Assembly (NCBI RefSeq): GCF_018350175.1
Contig: NC_058368.1
Coordinates: 173,540,001-173,604,000, forward strand
DNA length: 64,000 nt
Reading direction: 5' to 3'
Source: Felis catus
Lineage: Eukaryota
The notes under the pieces were generated by a model. It saw nothing but the letters and a program-made list of their open reading frames with translations. It was not told where the DNA came from and made no database searches. How positions within the stretch are numbered: position 1 is the first letter of the stretch; each line of letters opens with the position of its first letter. Below are positions 12,046-23,200 of the stretch, piece after piece. Both the position numbers and the translations under genes were made by a program.

Positions 12046-14937
12046 ATGAGGGACTCCTGCCCCTCCCAGCAAAAGGCCAGCCCTGCACTCCTGAGGCACA
12101 CCCCTACCCAAAGCCCAGGCATGGACTCTAGACACAGCAGCCCCATTGGGGCTGGGGAAGGGGCCTCCTGTTCTGAGGGCCCTGGCAGGAGCTTGGCCTG
12201 CCCCTCCCTGACCTGCATCCCTCCCCAAGAGGCAGCCACCAAGGAGACATTGGGGGCACATGGAGCCTTGATCTCAGGGACACAAGAAACCACCTTCTCT
12301 GGGAAGCCAGACCCTGTGTCCTCAGTGAACACTGATCTCTCATCCTTGGAGAATAGAAATCCTGTGTTTTTAGAGAAGATGGAATCCAAGTCTTCAAAGC
12401 AGGCAGATTCCACTTCCATGGGAGAGGAAGATGCTGGGCCCTTGAGAAAGGCAGAATCCATGTTTATAGCAAAAACAGAGCCTGCAGTCTTGGGAAAAGG
12501 GGATCCTGTGGCTCCTAGAAGGATGGACCCTGTGACCCCAAGAAAGGAGGATCCTGGATCCTTGGGAAAGGTAGATCCTGTGTGTTCTGACAAGGTGGAT
12601 ACAGTGTCCCCAGGGAAGGAGGGTCCTGTATCTGCTACCAAAGTGGATCCTGAGTTCCCAAGAAAGGAGGAGCCCAGGTATTCAGGAAAAGAGCTTCCTG
12701 TGGCCTCAAGAGAGGTGGCTTCTGCATCTGTGAGAAAGGCAGATCTTGTGTCCTTGAGAAAGAAAGATCCTGGGCCCTCAAGAAAGATGGATCCTGTGTC
12801 CTTGCTAAACGCAGATGCTGCATCTTCAGAAAAGACAGATCCTGGGTCTTTGGGAACACTGACTCCAGGGTCATCAGGCAAAACCGAGCCTGTCTCCCCT
12901 GGAATAGCAGCTCTGGGGTCCTCAGGAAGGATGGATCCTACTCGCTTGGGGATGACAGATCCTGCATCTATGGGAAATACAGAAATTGTGTCTCCCACAA
13001 AAGAGGACCCTCAGTTCCTGGGGAAGGTGGACCCTGCCTCCTCAGGAAAGGAAGATTCCATGTCGACGAGAGTGATAAAAACTATGTCTGCTGGGCAGAT
13101 GGGTGGTCCTGTGTTTTCAGGAGAGATGGAACCCACATCTTTGAAAAATATGGATCCTGTGTCTTCAGGCAGGGTGGGACCGGTTTCTTTGGGGAAGGTG
13201 GAGCCTGTGTCCTCAGGAAAGCCAGAGCCCTTGTCTCCCGGGCAGGCAGAGCCAACGTCCATGGGAAAGACAGAGACCGTATCATCACAAAAGGAGGACC
13301 CAGTATCCTCCACAAAGGTGGACCCCATTTCTCTGGGAAATACAAAAACAGCATCTTCTGGAAAAGTGAACCCTGAATCGAAAGGAAGAATAGACCCAGT
13401 GCCCTCAGGTCCAGAGACTCCCAAATTCGTGGGGACAGCAGGACTCTCATCCTCTGTAAAAGGCGAGGCAGTGACTGGGGGGGAAGCAGATCCACTGTCC
13501 TCAGAGAAGGCAGGTCCTATGGCCTCTGGAATGGTGGGTCCCACAGCCTCAGGGAAGGCTGATCCCCTGGCCTTGGGCAAGGCAGACACTGTGAACAGAG
13601 GGAAGGCAGAAACTATTCCCCCTGGGGAACTGGACTCTGTGTCTTCAGGAAAAGTGGACCCCATGACTCTAGAAAAAACTGTCCTGGCATCCTTGGGAAA
13701 AGCAGAAACTGTGCCAGAGGAGAAGGTGGATCCTGTGCCTCCAGAAAAGGGGAATCCTGTGAACTCTGTAAAGGTGGATCCCCGGGCCTCGGGGAAGGCA
13801 GAACCCATGGCTGAGGGCAAAGCAGAAACAAAGCCCCTTGGGCAGCAGGGCCCTGCGGAAAAAGCAGAGGCTGCATCTCTGCAGAAGGAAAAGCCACTGG
13901 CTTTGGAGAAAGGGGAGCCAGAATCCTCAGGAAAAGCAGACCCTATTGCCTCTGGGAAAGTGGAGCCTGCGGTCCTGGGGAAGGCCAACGCTCCAAGCAA
14001 AGCAGAGCCCTCATCCTCCGGGAAGTTGGGCTCCCTGCCTCTGGAGAAGGCGGAGGCCTCCTCTTCCAGGCAGTCAGATGGCAAACCCTGCGGCCCAGGC
14101 GCTTCTCCCGCGGGTGCCGGTAGCGGCGGAGGCCTCCTGGAGCCAGCGCCAGCGCCCAGCACAGCGGTCTCCAGCCCAGGCCAGAAAGACCCGACGGTCG
14201 CCGGGACCGAGAAAAGCCCCGGCCCAGAGGCCGCAGGGCCCCCGGTGGGGCCACGGACTCGCGACAACTTCACTAAGGCGCCGTCGTGGGAGGCCAGCGC
14301 CCCGCCGCCGCGCGAGGACGCGGGCACGCAGGCGGGCGCACAGGCCTGCGTGTCGGTGGCCGTGAGCCCCATGTCTCCGCAGGACGGCGCGGGCGGCCCG
14401 GCCTTCAGCTTCCAGGCGGCGCCTCGCGCGCCCAGCCCCGCGCCCAGGCCGCCCTCGCGCCGGGACGCGGGCCTGCAGGTGTCGCTGGGCGCCGCCGAGA
14501 CGCGCTCGGTGGCCACCGGGCCCATGACGCCGCAGGCAGCCGCGCCGCCCGCCGCGCCGCCCGCCTTCCCCGAAGTGCGGGTGCGGCCCGGCTCCGCACT
14601 GGCAGCCGCCGTGGCGCCCCAGGAGGCAGCCGAGCCCGTGCGCGACGTGAGCTGGGACGAAAAGGGCATGACGTGGGAGGTGTACGGCGCCTCCATGGAG
14701 GTGGAGGTGCTGGGCATGGCCATCCAGAAGCATCTGGAGCGACAGATCGAGGAGCACGGCCGCCAAGGGGCGCCCGCACCGCCGCCCGCCGCCCGTCCGG
14801 GCCCCGGCCGTGCGGGCTCCGTGCGCGCCGCACCCCCAGAGGGTCCCGCCAAGCGCCCGCCTGGCCTCTTCCGCGCGCTGCTGCAGAGTGTGCGCCGCCC
14901 GCGGTGCTGCTCCCGAGCCGGACCCACGGCCGAGTGA
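12046..14937 (+). CDS. GPRIN1: G protein-regulated inducer of neurite outgrowth 1 (963 aa, single coding exon)
   Basis: [13 protein letters not shown] start, repetitive GKxDPxSS body, C-terminal GRIN domain [34 protein letters not shown] and ...[14 protein letters not shown] end, matching mammalian GPRIN1; lies next to CDHR2 as in the human locus. Confidence 0.97.
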   Translation: MRDSCPSQQKASPALLRHTPTQSPGMDSRHSSPIGAGEGASCSEGPGRSLACPSLTCIPPQEAATKETLGAHGALISGTQETTFSGKPDPVSSVNTDLSSLENRNPVFLEKMESKSSKQADSTSMGEEDAGPLRKAESMFIAKTEPAVLGKGDPVAPRRMDPVTPRKEDPGSLGKVDPVCSDKVDTVSPGKEGPVSATKVDPEFPRKEEPRYSGKELPVASREVASASVRKADLVSLRKKDPGPSRKMDPVSLLNADAASSEKTDPGSLGTLTPGSSGKTEPVSPGIAALGSSGRMDPTRLGMTDPASMGNTEIVSPTKEDPQFLGKVDPASSGKEDSMSTRVIKTMSAGQMGGPVFSGEMEPTSLKNMDPVSSGRVGPVSLGKVEPVSSGKPEPLSPGQAEPTSMGKTETVSSQKEDPVSSTKVDPISLGNTKTASSGKVNPESKGRIDPVPSGPETPKFVGTAGLSSSVKGEAVTGGEADPLSSEKAGPMASGMVGPTASGKADPLALGKADTVNRGKAETIPPGELDSVSSGKVDPMTLEKTVLASLGKAETVPEEKVDPVPPEKGNPVNSVKVDPRASGKAEPMAEGKAETKPLGQQGPAEKAEAASLQKEKPLALEKGEPESSGKADPIASGKVEPAVLGKANAPSKAEPSSSGKLGSLPLEKAEASSSRQSDGKPCGPGASPAGAGSGGGLLEPAPAPSTAVSSPGQKDPTVAGTEKSPGPEAAGPPVGPRTRDNFTKAPSWEASAPPPREDAGTQAGAQACVSVAVSPMSPQDGAGGPAFSFQAAPRAPSPAPRPPSRRDAGLQVSLGAAETRSVATGPMTPQAAAPPAAPPAFPEVRVRPGSALAAAVAPQEAAEPVRDVSWDEKGMTWEVYGASMEVEVLGMAIQKHLERQIEEHGRQGAPAPPPAARPGPGRAGSVRAAPPEGPAKRPPGLFRALLQSVRRPRCCSRAGPTAE

Positions 14938-15050
14938 TCTCCTCCCCTTTCGTACGCCCGGGTTTCCAACCTTTTCAGGTTCCCTTCTTGACCCCAAGCT
15001 CCTAGAAGGGATCCCTTAGACGGGCGGGAGGCCCACGAGGGGTGGGCAGC
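14050..15050. promoter_or_regulatory. Exonic CpG island over the GPRIN1 3' CDS
   Basis: Abrupt switch to dense CpG and GC from about 14050 to the stop codon. Confidence 0.75.
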
Positions 15051-15902
15051 CTCTAGGGCCTTCTCATCCTTTTCTTTCCAGCCTCCTCCCCCGCCAGCCA
15101 CACAAATGAACCCTCGCTACCCAGCCCCCTCGTGGTCATGAGGCCACGAACCCAGCCCTGACACCCACCCTCCTGTCCCCTTACAGCTCTCAGCTCCACT
15201 CCCTCCGGGTCACGCTGGGTGACCTCGGGGCCCTGCTCAGCAGGCCCAGCCCTGAGAGCTGAGGCAGGCTCCTGAGATGTCCAGATTGGTAGGCTGAAGT
15301 CATCAGTGGCCGCCCGGTCCCCAGAACAGGAGAGACTGTACAAAAGCTCCAAGTGTGCAAGGATTGGTGTGTGAGATCCCTGAGTGTGCAAGGCTCCAAA
15401 TGTGAGGCCCCTGGAAGAGCGTGAGTGTGTGTCCATGCAGTGGGCTGGCCCCCATGGCCCCGGGCATGTCTTGCATGCTGGTAGTCATCCCCAATTCCTG
15501 TCTCCCTCTCACCTGGCCCCATCCCCAGCCCTATCTCCACCCTCACTGGACACTTGTTCACAATTCCTGACAGGGGGAAGGCAGCTGCAGGGGTGCCCCT
15601 GGGGGGGCACAGTTCTAAGAGTCTCAGAAAGGTCAGAGGCTCTCAGACAGGTCTGGGAATCACAGACAGAAGCTCGTGGAAGGTCTTGGGTCCCAGGCAG
15701 CCTGACAGCTGGTCTTGGGTATTGGGGGCAGGACGGAGAGCTCATTCTACAACCCCAGTTGTCCTCTCAAGGCTGCCCTCTCCCACCCCTCGTCCCCCCT
15801 GTGCTGTGAGCCCCACGAGTCCCTTGTGATCACTCAATACCCGTTTCCCCCCACCCCTCCAGCCACAGTTTTTGGCTACAAACTGTCACAATATACATTG
15901 GT

Positions 15903-15908
15903 AATAAA
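15903..15908 (+). terminator. GPRIN1 polyadenylation signal AATAAA
   Basis: GTAATAAAAA followed by GU-rich sequence (TGTTGTC, TTGTTGTGTT). Confidence 0.8.
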
Positions 15909-15971
15909 AATTTCCCCCAACTGTTGTCAGCTGTGATTGGCTACAGGCAGAAGGGGGGCAGAGCAGCAAGA

Positions 15972-15977
15972 TATATT
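15972..15977 (-). terminator. Candidate CDHR2 variant poly(A) signal AATATA
   Basis: + strand TATATT about 115 nt past the CDHR2 stop; no minus-strand AATAAA seen before the GPRIN1 3' end. Confidence 0.4.
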
Positions 15978-16091
15978 GTTGTGTTCAGGGAGGGGTAGGT
16001 GTCATTTGGGGGTGACAAGACCTCTTCCAAGGTGCAACGGAAGAGCGGGGGCCATGTGGGGTTCTGCAGCCTGGGTCCTGTGGCAGCGACA

Positions 16092-16226
16092 TCACAGGTC
16101 TGTGGTGTCCAGGCCAGCATTGGTGAAGGAGAGCTCCTGCTGTCCATCTGTGTCCACCTTCCTTCCTGACAGCACTGCACCCAGGGGTTCCGTTTCTAGC
16201 TCCACTGGACTGTGTAGGGGCTCCTT
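16092..16226 (-). CDS. CDHR2: CDHR2 coding exon 31 (terminal, PDZ-binding motif)
   Basis: KEPLHSPVELETEPL...SFTNAGLDTTDL*, TGA at 16094-16092. Confidence 0.92.
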   Translation of the reverse strand, partial: KEPLHSPVELETEPLGAVLSGRKVDTDGQQELSFTNAGLDTTDL

Positions 16227-19200
16227 CTGTGGGGAGAAGGAGGGAAGGTGTGAAGGCAGAGACAAGATGGAGTGATTTCCTCAGTCCTTAGCGGAGTGGG
16301 CCTTCAAGCCCACGACAGGTGGCTCCTTTACAGGGGTCCCGCCTGTTCCTCCTAGGGCCTCAGTTTCCTGGCTGTGTCCCAGAGGTGGCGACAGCCCCTA
16401 GTGGTGCAGACACACTCAGGTGAAGGGGTGGGCCTGAAGGGGGTCTGTTCTGGCCTTTGCCCCAATCCACGGACAGAGGAGCACTTTGGTGTTCTTCCCA
16501 GTCCTGAATAACACCAGGCCCTGTGTCCTGGGCCGAGGAGCCAGTCCTGTCCACTACCTGCCACCTGCATCCCAAGGCAGGCCACCGTGCTGGGCACAGT
16601 CCGTCCGTGACCTAAAGTCCCCACCGGAGCCCCCTGGGGGAGGGATCACGTACCCCGCTTTACAGATGGCTGAGGCTCAGAGGGATCGCATGGCCAGGAA
16701 GAGGCAGAGCAGGGTTTGGATCACTGGTTGTTTTGACTCTAAAGCCTGTCCATCGCTGCCTCTGGTTGAATTTGGCATCTCCTTCTGCCACAGTCAGAGG
16801 GACACATCCCACCCGGGGTCCCACCTGTAGTTCATTATGGCACACACTCCCTAATTGGTTCTAATTGAACCAACTCGTCTACTGAACAAATGATGGCACT
16901 GCTGATTATTCGAGCCTACACCCTGCCAGCTTTCATATAAAGGGTACGAACAGAGGGAACCAGGTTTTTTAGCACTTGTGTCATGCCAGGTGGTTTTTTA
17001 TACCCACTCAAACTTCATCCTCACAAAGTCCTGCGTGGTTAGTGTTCTCATCCCCATTTACAGATGAGAAAACTGAGAGCTAGAAGGAAGCCGCCCACCC
17101 AGAGTCACGGCGAATGAGTAGAAGAGCAAGGATTGGACCCCATTCCGAAGCCATGGGGCTTCCCGGGGCCTGGCGCAGGGACATGCCCATGTCATCAGCA
17201 GGTCCTTCAGCTCTGTCCTGAACCCCACCCCTTCAGAGAAGGACCCCAAGTCAGAAGCCCCAGGCACCCACTCATCCCCCATCTTGCCTTGGTTTTCTGC
17301 TTGTCCTTTTCCAGGTCCACAGAGTTGTCATCCAGGGAATTGAGGCTGTGGGGGAGATGGTGGGGCTCACATAGGTAGCAGCCCCAGTCCTCCCTGTCTG
17401 TGGCCAAGAACCACCATTGCCTCCATCACCACCACCACCGACCAGCCTGGCTGTGTGGGCCACTGCTCACCTCATGTGGTCTAGGTCACTGGAGGAGGAT
17501 AGGGACTCGAAGTTCAGATCCTTTGTGGGGAGGTTCAGCATAGGGTTGGCCCTGGAGAGAAGGCCTGTTTAAGCAGTTGGGAGCCTCAGACACCGCACGG
17601 GACCTCTTACCCACCCTTTGACCCCCGCTCACCGCTCAGTGGTATACATGTTAGTCCCAGGGATGGCAGAAGCTGAGGGCATCACCCCTGCTGCTGTCCT
17701 CCGGGCCTCTTTGGCAGCCTTCATAGCCCGAAGCTTTCGGTGGTAGCTGTGGAGAACCAGGAGGAGGTGGGGCGCTACTCTCCCTGCACACCCACTGTGT
17801 GCCTAGTGCAGGCCCTGCGAGTGTGACTTCACAACAACCCTGGCAGGTGAGAGTGTTAGCTCTATGTACGGAGGGTACAAGTAGGAGCCGGAGATAGGAT
17901 ATGATTTGCCAAAGGCCACAGCTGGCCAGCGACAAGACCTGGAGTCAAATCCAGAGGTGGCTGCTGCCTCCAAATATATTGGAAAGGGGAAAAGAAGCAG
18001 TATTTATAAATGGATCGTAAGTGCCAGACATCCTGCTGGTTGCAAGATGCACACTGCTTCCTTGTGTGCTTTGAGGAATCTAGTGTTGTGCTCATTCTGC
18101 AGATGAGGAAACTGAGGCTTAGGGAGGGCGAGATGAGCTGTCCAAGTTGTCACGACAGGTCTCTGGGGATTAAATACAGGTATACCAGATGCCTACACCC
18201 AAGCTCTTTCTACCCACCATATGTCTTAGATGGTGGGAAAGGTGGGGTTGAAGATGGAAGGGGTGATGGGAGCAATACCTCTTCCGGGTGCACACAAGGG
18301 CCACAGTCATGATCACGATGACCAGCAGCAAAGCCACTCCCAGTCCTATGATGACACTGCTGAGCAGCTTTGGCAGGTCTGACTCCTGGCTCTCCTGGGA
18401 GCCCTGGAGAAGAAGCATGAGGGAGGTTGTGGGTTGACATTCCCCCTCCCAATGCCCCCATTGCCTCCACCATGCTGACACTCACCAGCACCACCAGCCC
18501 CAGCTGCAGCAGCCGCGTCAGGGAGTCCTGGTCATTCCGGATCATCCTGGCCACAGAGCCCCACTCAGGCCCGAGGGACATTGGCATCCCCCAGGCTTCC
18601 TGCTCACCCTCCTGCCCACCCCAAGGGCAGCCCCACTCACACACTCAGCTCATCAAGTGTCAGGGCAGACCCATTCGAGAAGACAAAATAGGCATCGAGG
18701 TAGGAACGGCCCCGGGCCCTGGAATGGGGCAGGGATGAAAAGTAAACAACCCAGAACCACCCAGCAGGTCCCTCATACTGCTGCTTCTTGTCCTCCAACC
18801 ACTGGGACTGTGGGCACTCACCGAGTCATGGATTCTATGTCCTGAATGCTCACAACGTAGACAGTAGTCCTGGTGGCCTGAATGAGGGCCCTGCAAAGGG
18901 GGAAGATGTCGCAGAGGCATGGGGTAGGGGCCCTAGTACAGCCTGTGGCCAGTGGAATTAGGAATTGTGTTAATTAGAAAGGGGCGCCCTCTCTGGACAG
19001 CTTCATTGGCTAAGCAGGTAACACCTCTGCAAATCAGGCAAGGCAGCCCCTTCCTTTGGGGCTGGGTTTATGACTTAGCAAGCAGAATGCCCTTCTGCAG
19101 TGCACAGCCTTCACAACTGTACATGGCGGCCCTATTTAGGCCTCTCTCTACCCAGCCAACCCTAGGCTTCTAGGAGCATTGAGAAAGGAACTGCAGGTAC

Positions 19201-20194
19201 AAGTACTGGATCAAAGACAGAGACAAAATCAGGGGTAGGCCAGGGACAGAATCGACATACATTCCATCCAGGTCCTGTCAGGGGTCAGACTCCCAGGCCC
19301 TGTTCTTCCCCACAGGCCCCTCTGGATGCCCCAGACCTACGCTGTAATCTCTTCCATGTTGGCGCCCACCTCCTCCTTGTTCATGGAGAACTGCAACCTT
19401 ACACGGTAACTTTGGTCCACAGTGAAGAGCTACAGGAGGAAGGCATGGTGAAGATGAGGCACGAGGGACCTGGGAGCAGGCAGAGGGTACTAGAGGCAGG
19501 GCCAAACACTCACATTCAGGGTGATAATGGCTTCCTGAGCAGGACCCACAGAAGGTCTGTCCCGGGCCTCGACTGTCACTTGGTAGGTGCCTTGGAGGGT
19601 GGAATCGAGGTTGGTCACCAGCCTATTGGAGATGGAAGAGCACAGCTTGGTCTTGGGACCGAACTGAAGTCCTCTGGAACCTACTTATGTACCTGCTAGG
19701 ATGAGGAACTCACTGTCTTGAAGCCCTCCCTTGGGTCCCCCCCCCGCCATCCAGGGGCTGCCCACAGTTACTCAATGTTGCCAATGAACACATTGGCCTC
19801 CAATGAGGTGGAGACCCGGAAGAAGCCCTGGAAAGGGGTCGTGGTCCCATCCTTGGCGATGAAATCCACTTGGAAGATGGAGAACAGGATGGCCCCGTTG
19901 TTCCCTGAGTCATCGTCTTTGGCCTGGGAGAAAGAGTGGATGGCACCTGGGAGCCAGGCTAGGCACCCCTCCACCCCCAGCAGGACTCAGCAGCTAAGAT
20001 GTCCTGGGAGACTGGTCCCATTATCTCCATCAGCCTTCTCCAGGCCACGTCAACTAAGCAAACATTTTAGGCAATGTTCTTGCTCTGCAAATCCAGGTTT
20101 GGACAAGTCCCTGCTTCTGGCCCCCTAACTCATCAAGTCACTGCCCAAAGCCCTTCCCATGTGGAAATCCTGCCTTGCTTCCCCTCACCCACTG

Positions 20195-20234
<40 letters not shown>

Positions 20235-23200
20235 GCACAAGGACACTCAAATTTCCTGAGTAGCTACTGTGAGCCAGGCACCTTCCCTTAGATCCCTCAT
20301 TTCAGTATTTACCGACATTGGTACAAATTCCCCTAGTAGGCCATGAAAGCGGAGGTGAGGGCACAAACATTCTTATTCATTCTACCGCCTTTAGAGAAAA
20401 ATATACCAACATACAGACCATGAGCCTACTGTTCAGAACGAAGCCAACACTGGTGTTTATGTTTCAAAAAAGAGCCAATTTAAAGAAAACGGGTCAAAGT
20501 TATGGCCAGACTCATGACATTGGACTGCAACCGGCTGAAGATTTGAAGACTCTTTCAGGCTTGAAAGAACCTGGAGAGGGAGAATTACTATCCCCATTTT
20601 GTGAAAAGAAACCAGCGCTCTGAGAGAGACGCTGTGCTGCTGAAGGCCCAGCTCGAAGTAGGGAAGGTCAGGCCCAGCCATCTCCAACACCCGTGCGCTT
20701 TCCACAGCCCAGGGACTGGCACAGGCATACCACTCATCTGTTAACCCCAAGACTACTGCTGGGAACTGCCAGCTTCTTGCCCAGGAAGGAAACTGAGCTC
20801 CAGAAAGGCAGGCAGCTCCCCGGGTCGGTAAGAGGCCCGAGCAGGCCTGGTCCCCAGGGCTGTGTGGGAGGTCTCAGCCTTCTGTGAGGCGTGGCCGGCA
20901 CCCTCTAACAAACACACCCACATCCAACACCATAAAAACGCTGAAAGTATGTTTATAATTTTACTCTGAAAATTACTTATCTCCAAGGAGCTCGTTTAAT
21001 TTACAGTTGCTATGATTTCTCCGTATTGCTCAAGAATTCTGGCGTAGTGAAAAAAATCTGGCCTGCAAATGGTTTTTATGGTCATGAAAATTTTTATAAA
21101 AACTAAATAACAATTAATGGAGTTGAATCATATCAATCAGGCATGTGTTTGTTTCCATCCTGGGGTTTTCTCTTCATGTGTTGGAGCCAACAAATTTCCT
21201 CTCTAGTGTTAAAACATTTTAGGGGCAGCTGAAAGGCCTGAAGGCCTTGGTCCTGTGTCTCCTGGGGCTAACGTGATGGACAAAGGTGGGAGCCAAGGAC
21301 TTACCTGGACAGAAGCCACCTGCTGGTTGGGCACCACAAGTTCTGGGATGATAACTACAAATGTGGACAAGAAAGGGTCAGTGGAGTCGGGGCCCGTGCC
21401 CACTTGTCTGAGGTGCTGACCACAAGCCCAGCTCAGAACTCATTCCCCCAAACTTTCCCTCGACCTCTTTGTCACCAGAAACCCCCATTACAATGGCCTC
21501 TGAGCCGTTAGTTAGCAGCTCATCCACCTCCCAGTGTGCAGATAATGAGGAAACTGAGGCCCAGAGAGGGAGGGAGGGACTGGCCCAGGGTCAGATATGA
21601 GTTGGGGCAGACCTGGGATAAAAACTCAGATCCCCCCTCCTTTTGAAATCCTGGGAAAGAGGCAGGATTGGGGAGCTTTCTTTCTTTCTAAGGGTCCACT
21701 TGGGGCCTGAGGAGGGTCTATGGGAGCTACCTAAAGGTAATTCTAGCAGAGTATGGAGGGAAAGGCTGACTGCTTACCAAAAGTCTTATTGTCAGGCAGA
21801 AAATAGGGTTTATTATCATTCGTGTCCTCGATGGTGATGGCGAGGCTTCCTAGAGGAACAAGGTTGGCTCGTTCTGGTCTCTAGGCAAAGGCCTGACCCA
21901 GAAAGCCTGGGCCTCAGGCACACTCCCAGCTGCCTCCCTCCATGCATCTCCCATTCTCAGCCCCCTCCCCTGCTTTTGACCTGAGGTGTCCACTCAGTCT
22001 CCTCTGGTCTTTGTGGCCAGGGTGTATCCTCCCCATACTTCAGAGAAGGTAAGCAAGTTGTCCAAGGTCATCCAGCAAGAGCGTCAGGCCAGGATTGAGC
22101 CCAGCCTGGATATGTCCCACCTGACCCCAACATTGTCCTGACACTTGCTAGCTGTGTAAGCTAGGTTATTGAACTGGCCGCTGTGTGCCTCAGTTTCCTC
22201 ATCTATAAAATTAGATAGGGATCACCTACCCCACGGGTTGTGTGGGAATAACATAAGGAAATGCTTATAAGGTGCTTGGCATCGCTCTTGGCTATAGCAA
22301 GCTCTCAAAATATGCTAGCTCTTAATGTGGTTATTATTGCTACCATAATCAAAGGCAGGATACGAGCACTCTGAAGCGTGTTCCTTCCTTTACACTGCCT
22401 CACAGAATAATAGCATTATTATTTTACACGCGTGTTTTCTTTTAATCTGTACAGCCAACCTACTACCCAAGTCCACTTGACAGATGGGTAAACTGAGGCT
22501 AAAGGAGGTGTCACAACTTTCCCAGTGACACAGCTGATAAGGGCTGGAGCCAGAATTCAAACCCTGACCTTGTAGGTCCCAGCCCATGGCTGCTATGCCG
22601 CAGCCTGCCAGGCCACCTCACCATTGTCACTGTAGGCCTGGAAGCGGAGGTCCGTTGTGAGGTCACAGGCCCGCACGACTAGCGTGACCAGGTCACAGGT
22701 CTCATAGTCAATGGCCTCACTCTGATTGATGAACACAGAGCCATTGGCCGACACAGAGAACCAGCCACGGCACAGGCTGCCCACGTTGACCCCGGCCTTG
22801 GTGCAGATGACGTTCACAAGCTCTATCTCCAGCTGGGCCATGGTATCCACATCGCGAGCAACCACCTCAGCCACCAGGCCACGCTGAGAGCCATTCTCAG
22901 CCACACGGACGCCCCGGAGTGAGGCTGAGTCCAGAGTGGGCGGTTCATCATTCACATCCTCCACAGCCACAAGGATTTCTGCTGTGGCCTCTCTCCCATG
23001 GGGGTCTGGGTTCTCAGCACTCACTGTCAGATTGAAGAAGGGCTGTGTCTCGTAGTCCAGACTCACATCCGAGGGCAGCCGGAGGCGGCCCTCAGCCCAC
23101 CCAGCCTCCAGCACCGAGCCTTGGAGCACGAAGTTGTTGGCACCACTCCCTGAAAGACTGAAGCTGATGCGGTTGTTGGCTTCCGTCTGATCCGCATCCC

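Larger units (their letters stand above)
11880..15925 (+). other. GPRIN1: GPRIN1 exon 2 (5'UTR remainder, whole CDS, 3'UTR; 3' end approximate)
   Basis: Acceptor TGTTTTCTCTGTGTTTCAG|A at 11879/11880; AATAAA at 15903. Confidence 0.75.

Noticed and set aside
12420..14060. Regularly spaced short repeats superficially like a CRISPR array
   Set aside because: Degenerate coding repeats in a mammalian gene; no identical repeats with unique spacers and no cas genes
11988..15101. Two long same-frame antisense ORFs (336 aa and 696 aa) separated by a single stop, opposite GPRIN1
   Set aside because: Shadow ORFs. In this register an antisense stop needs a sense Tyr, His or Gln codon in a specific context, and these are scarce in the repetitive, GC-rich GPRIN1 CDS. 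The 696-aa ORF also starts at GTG rather than ATG.
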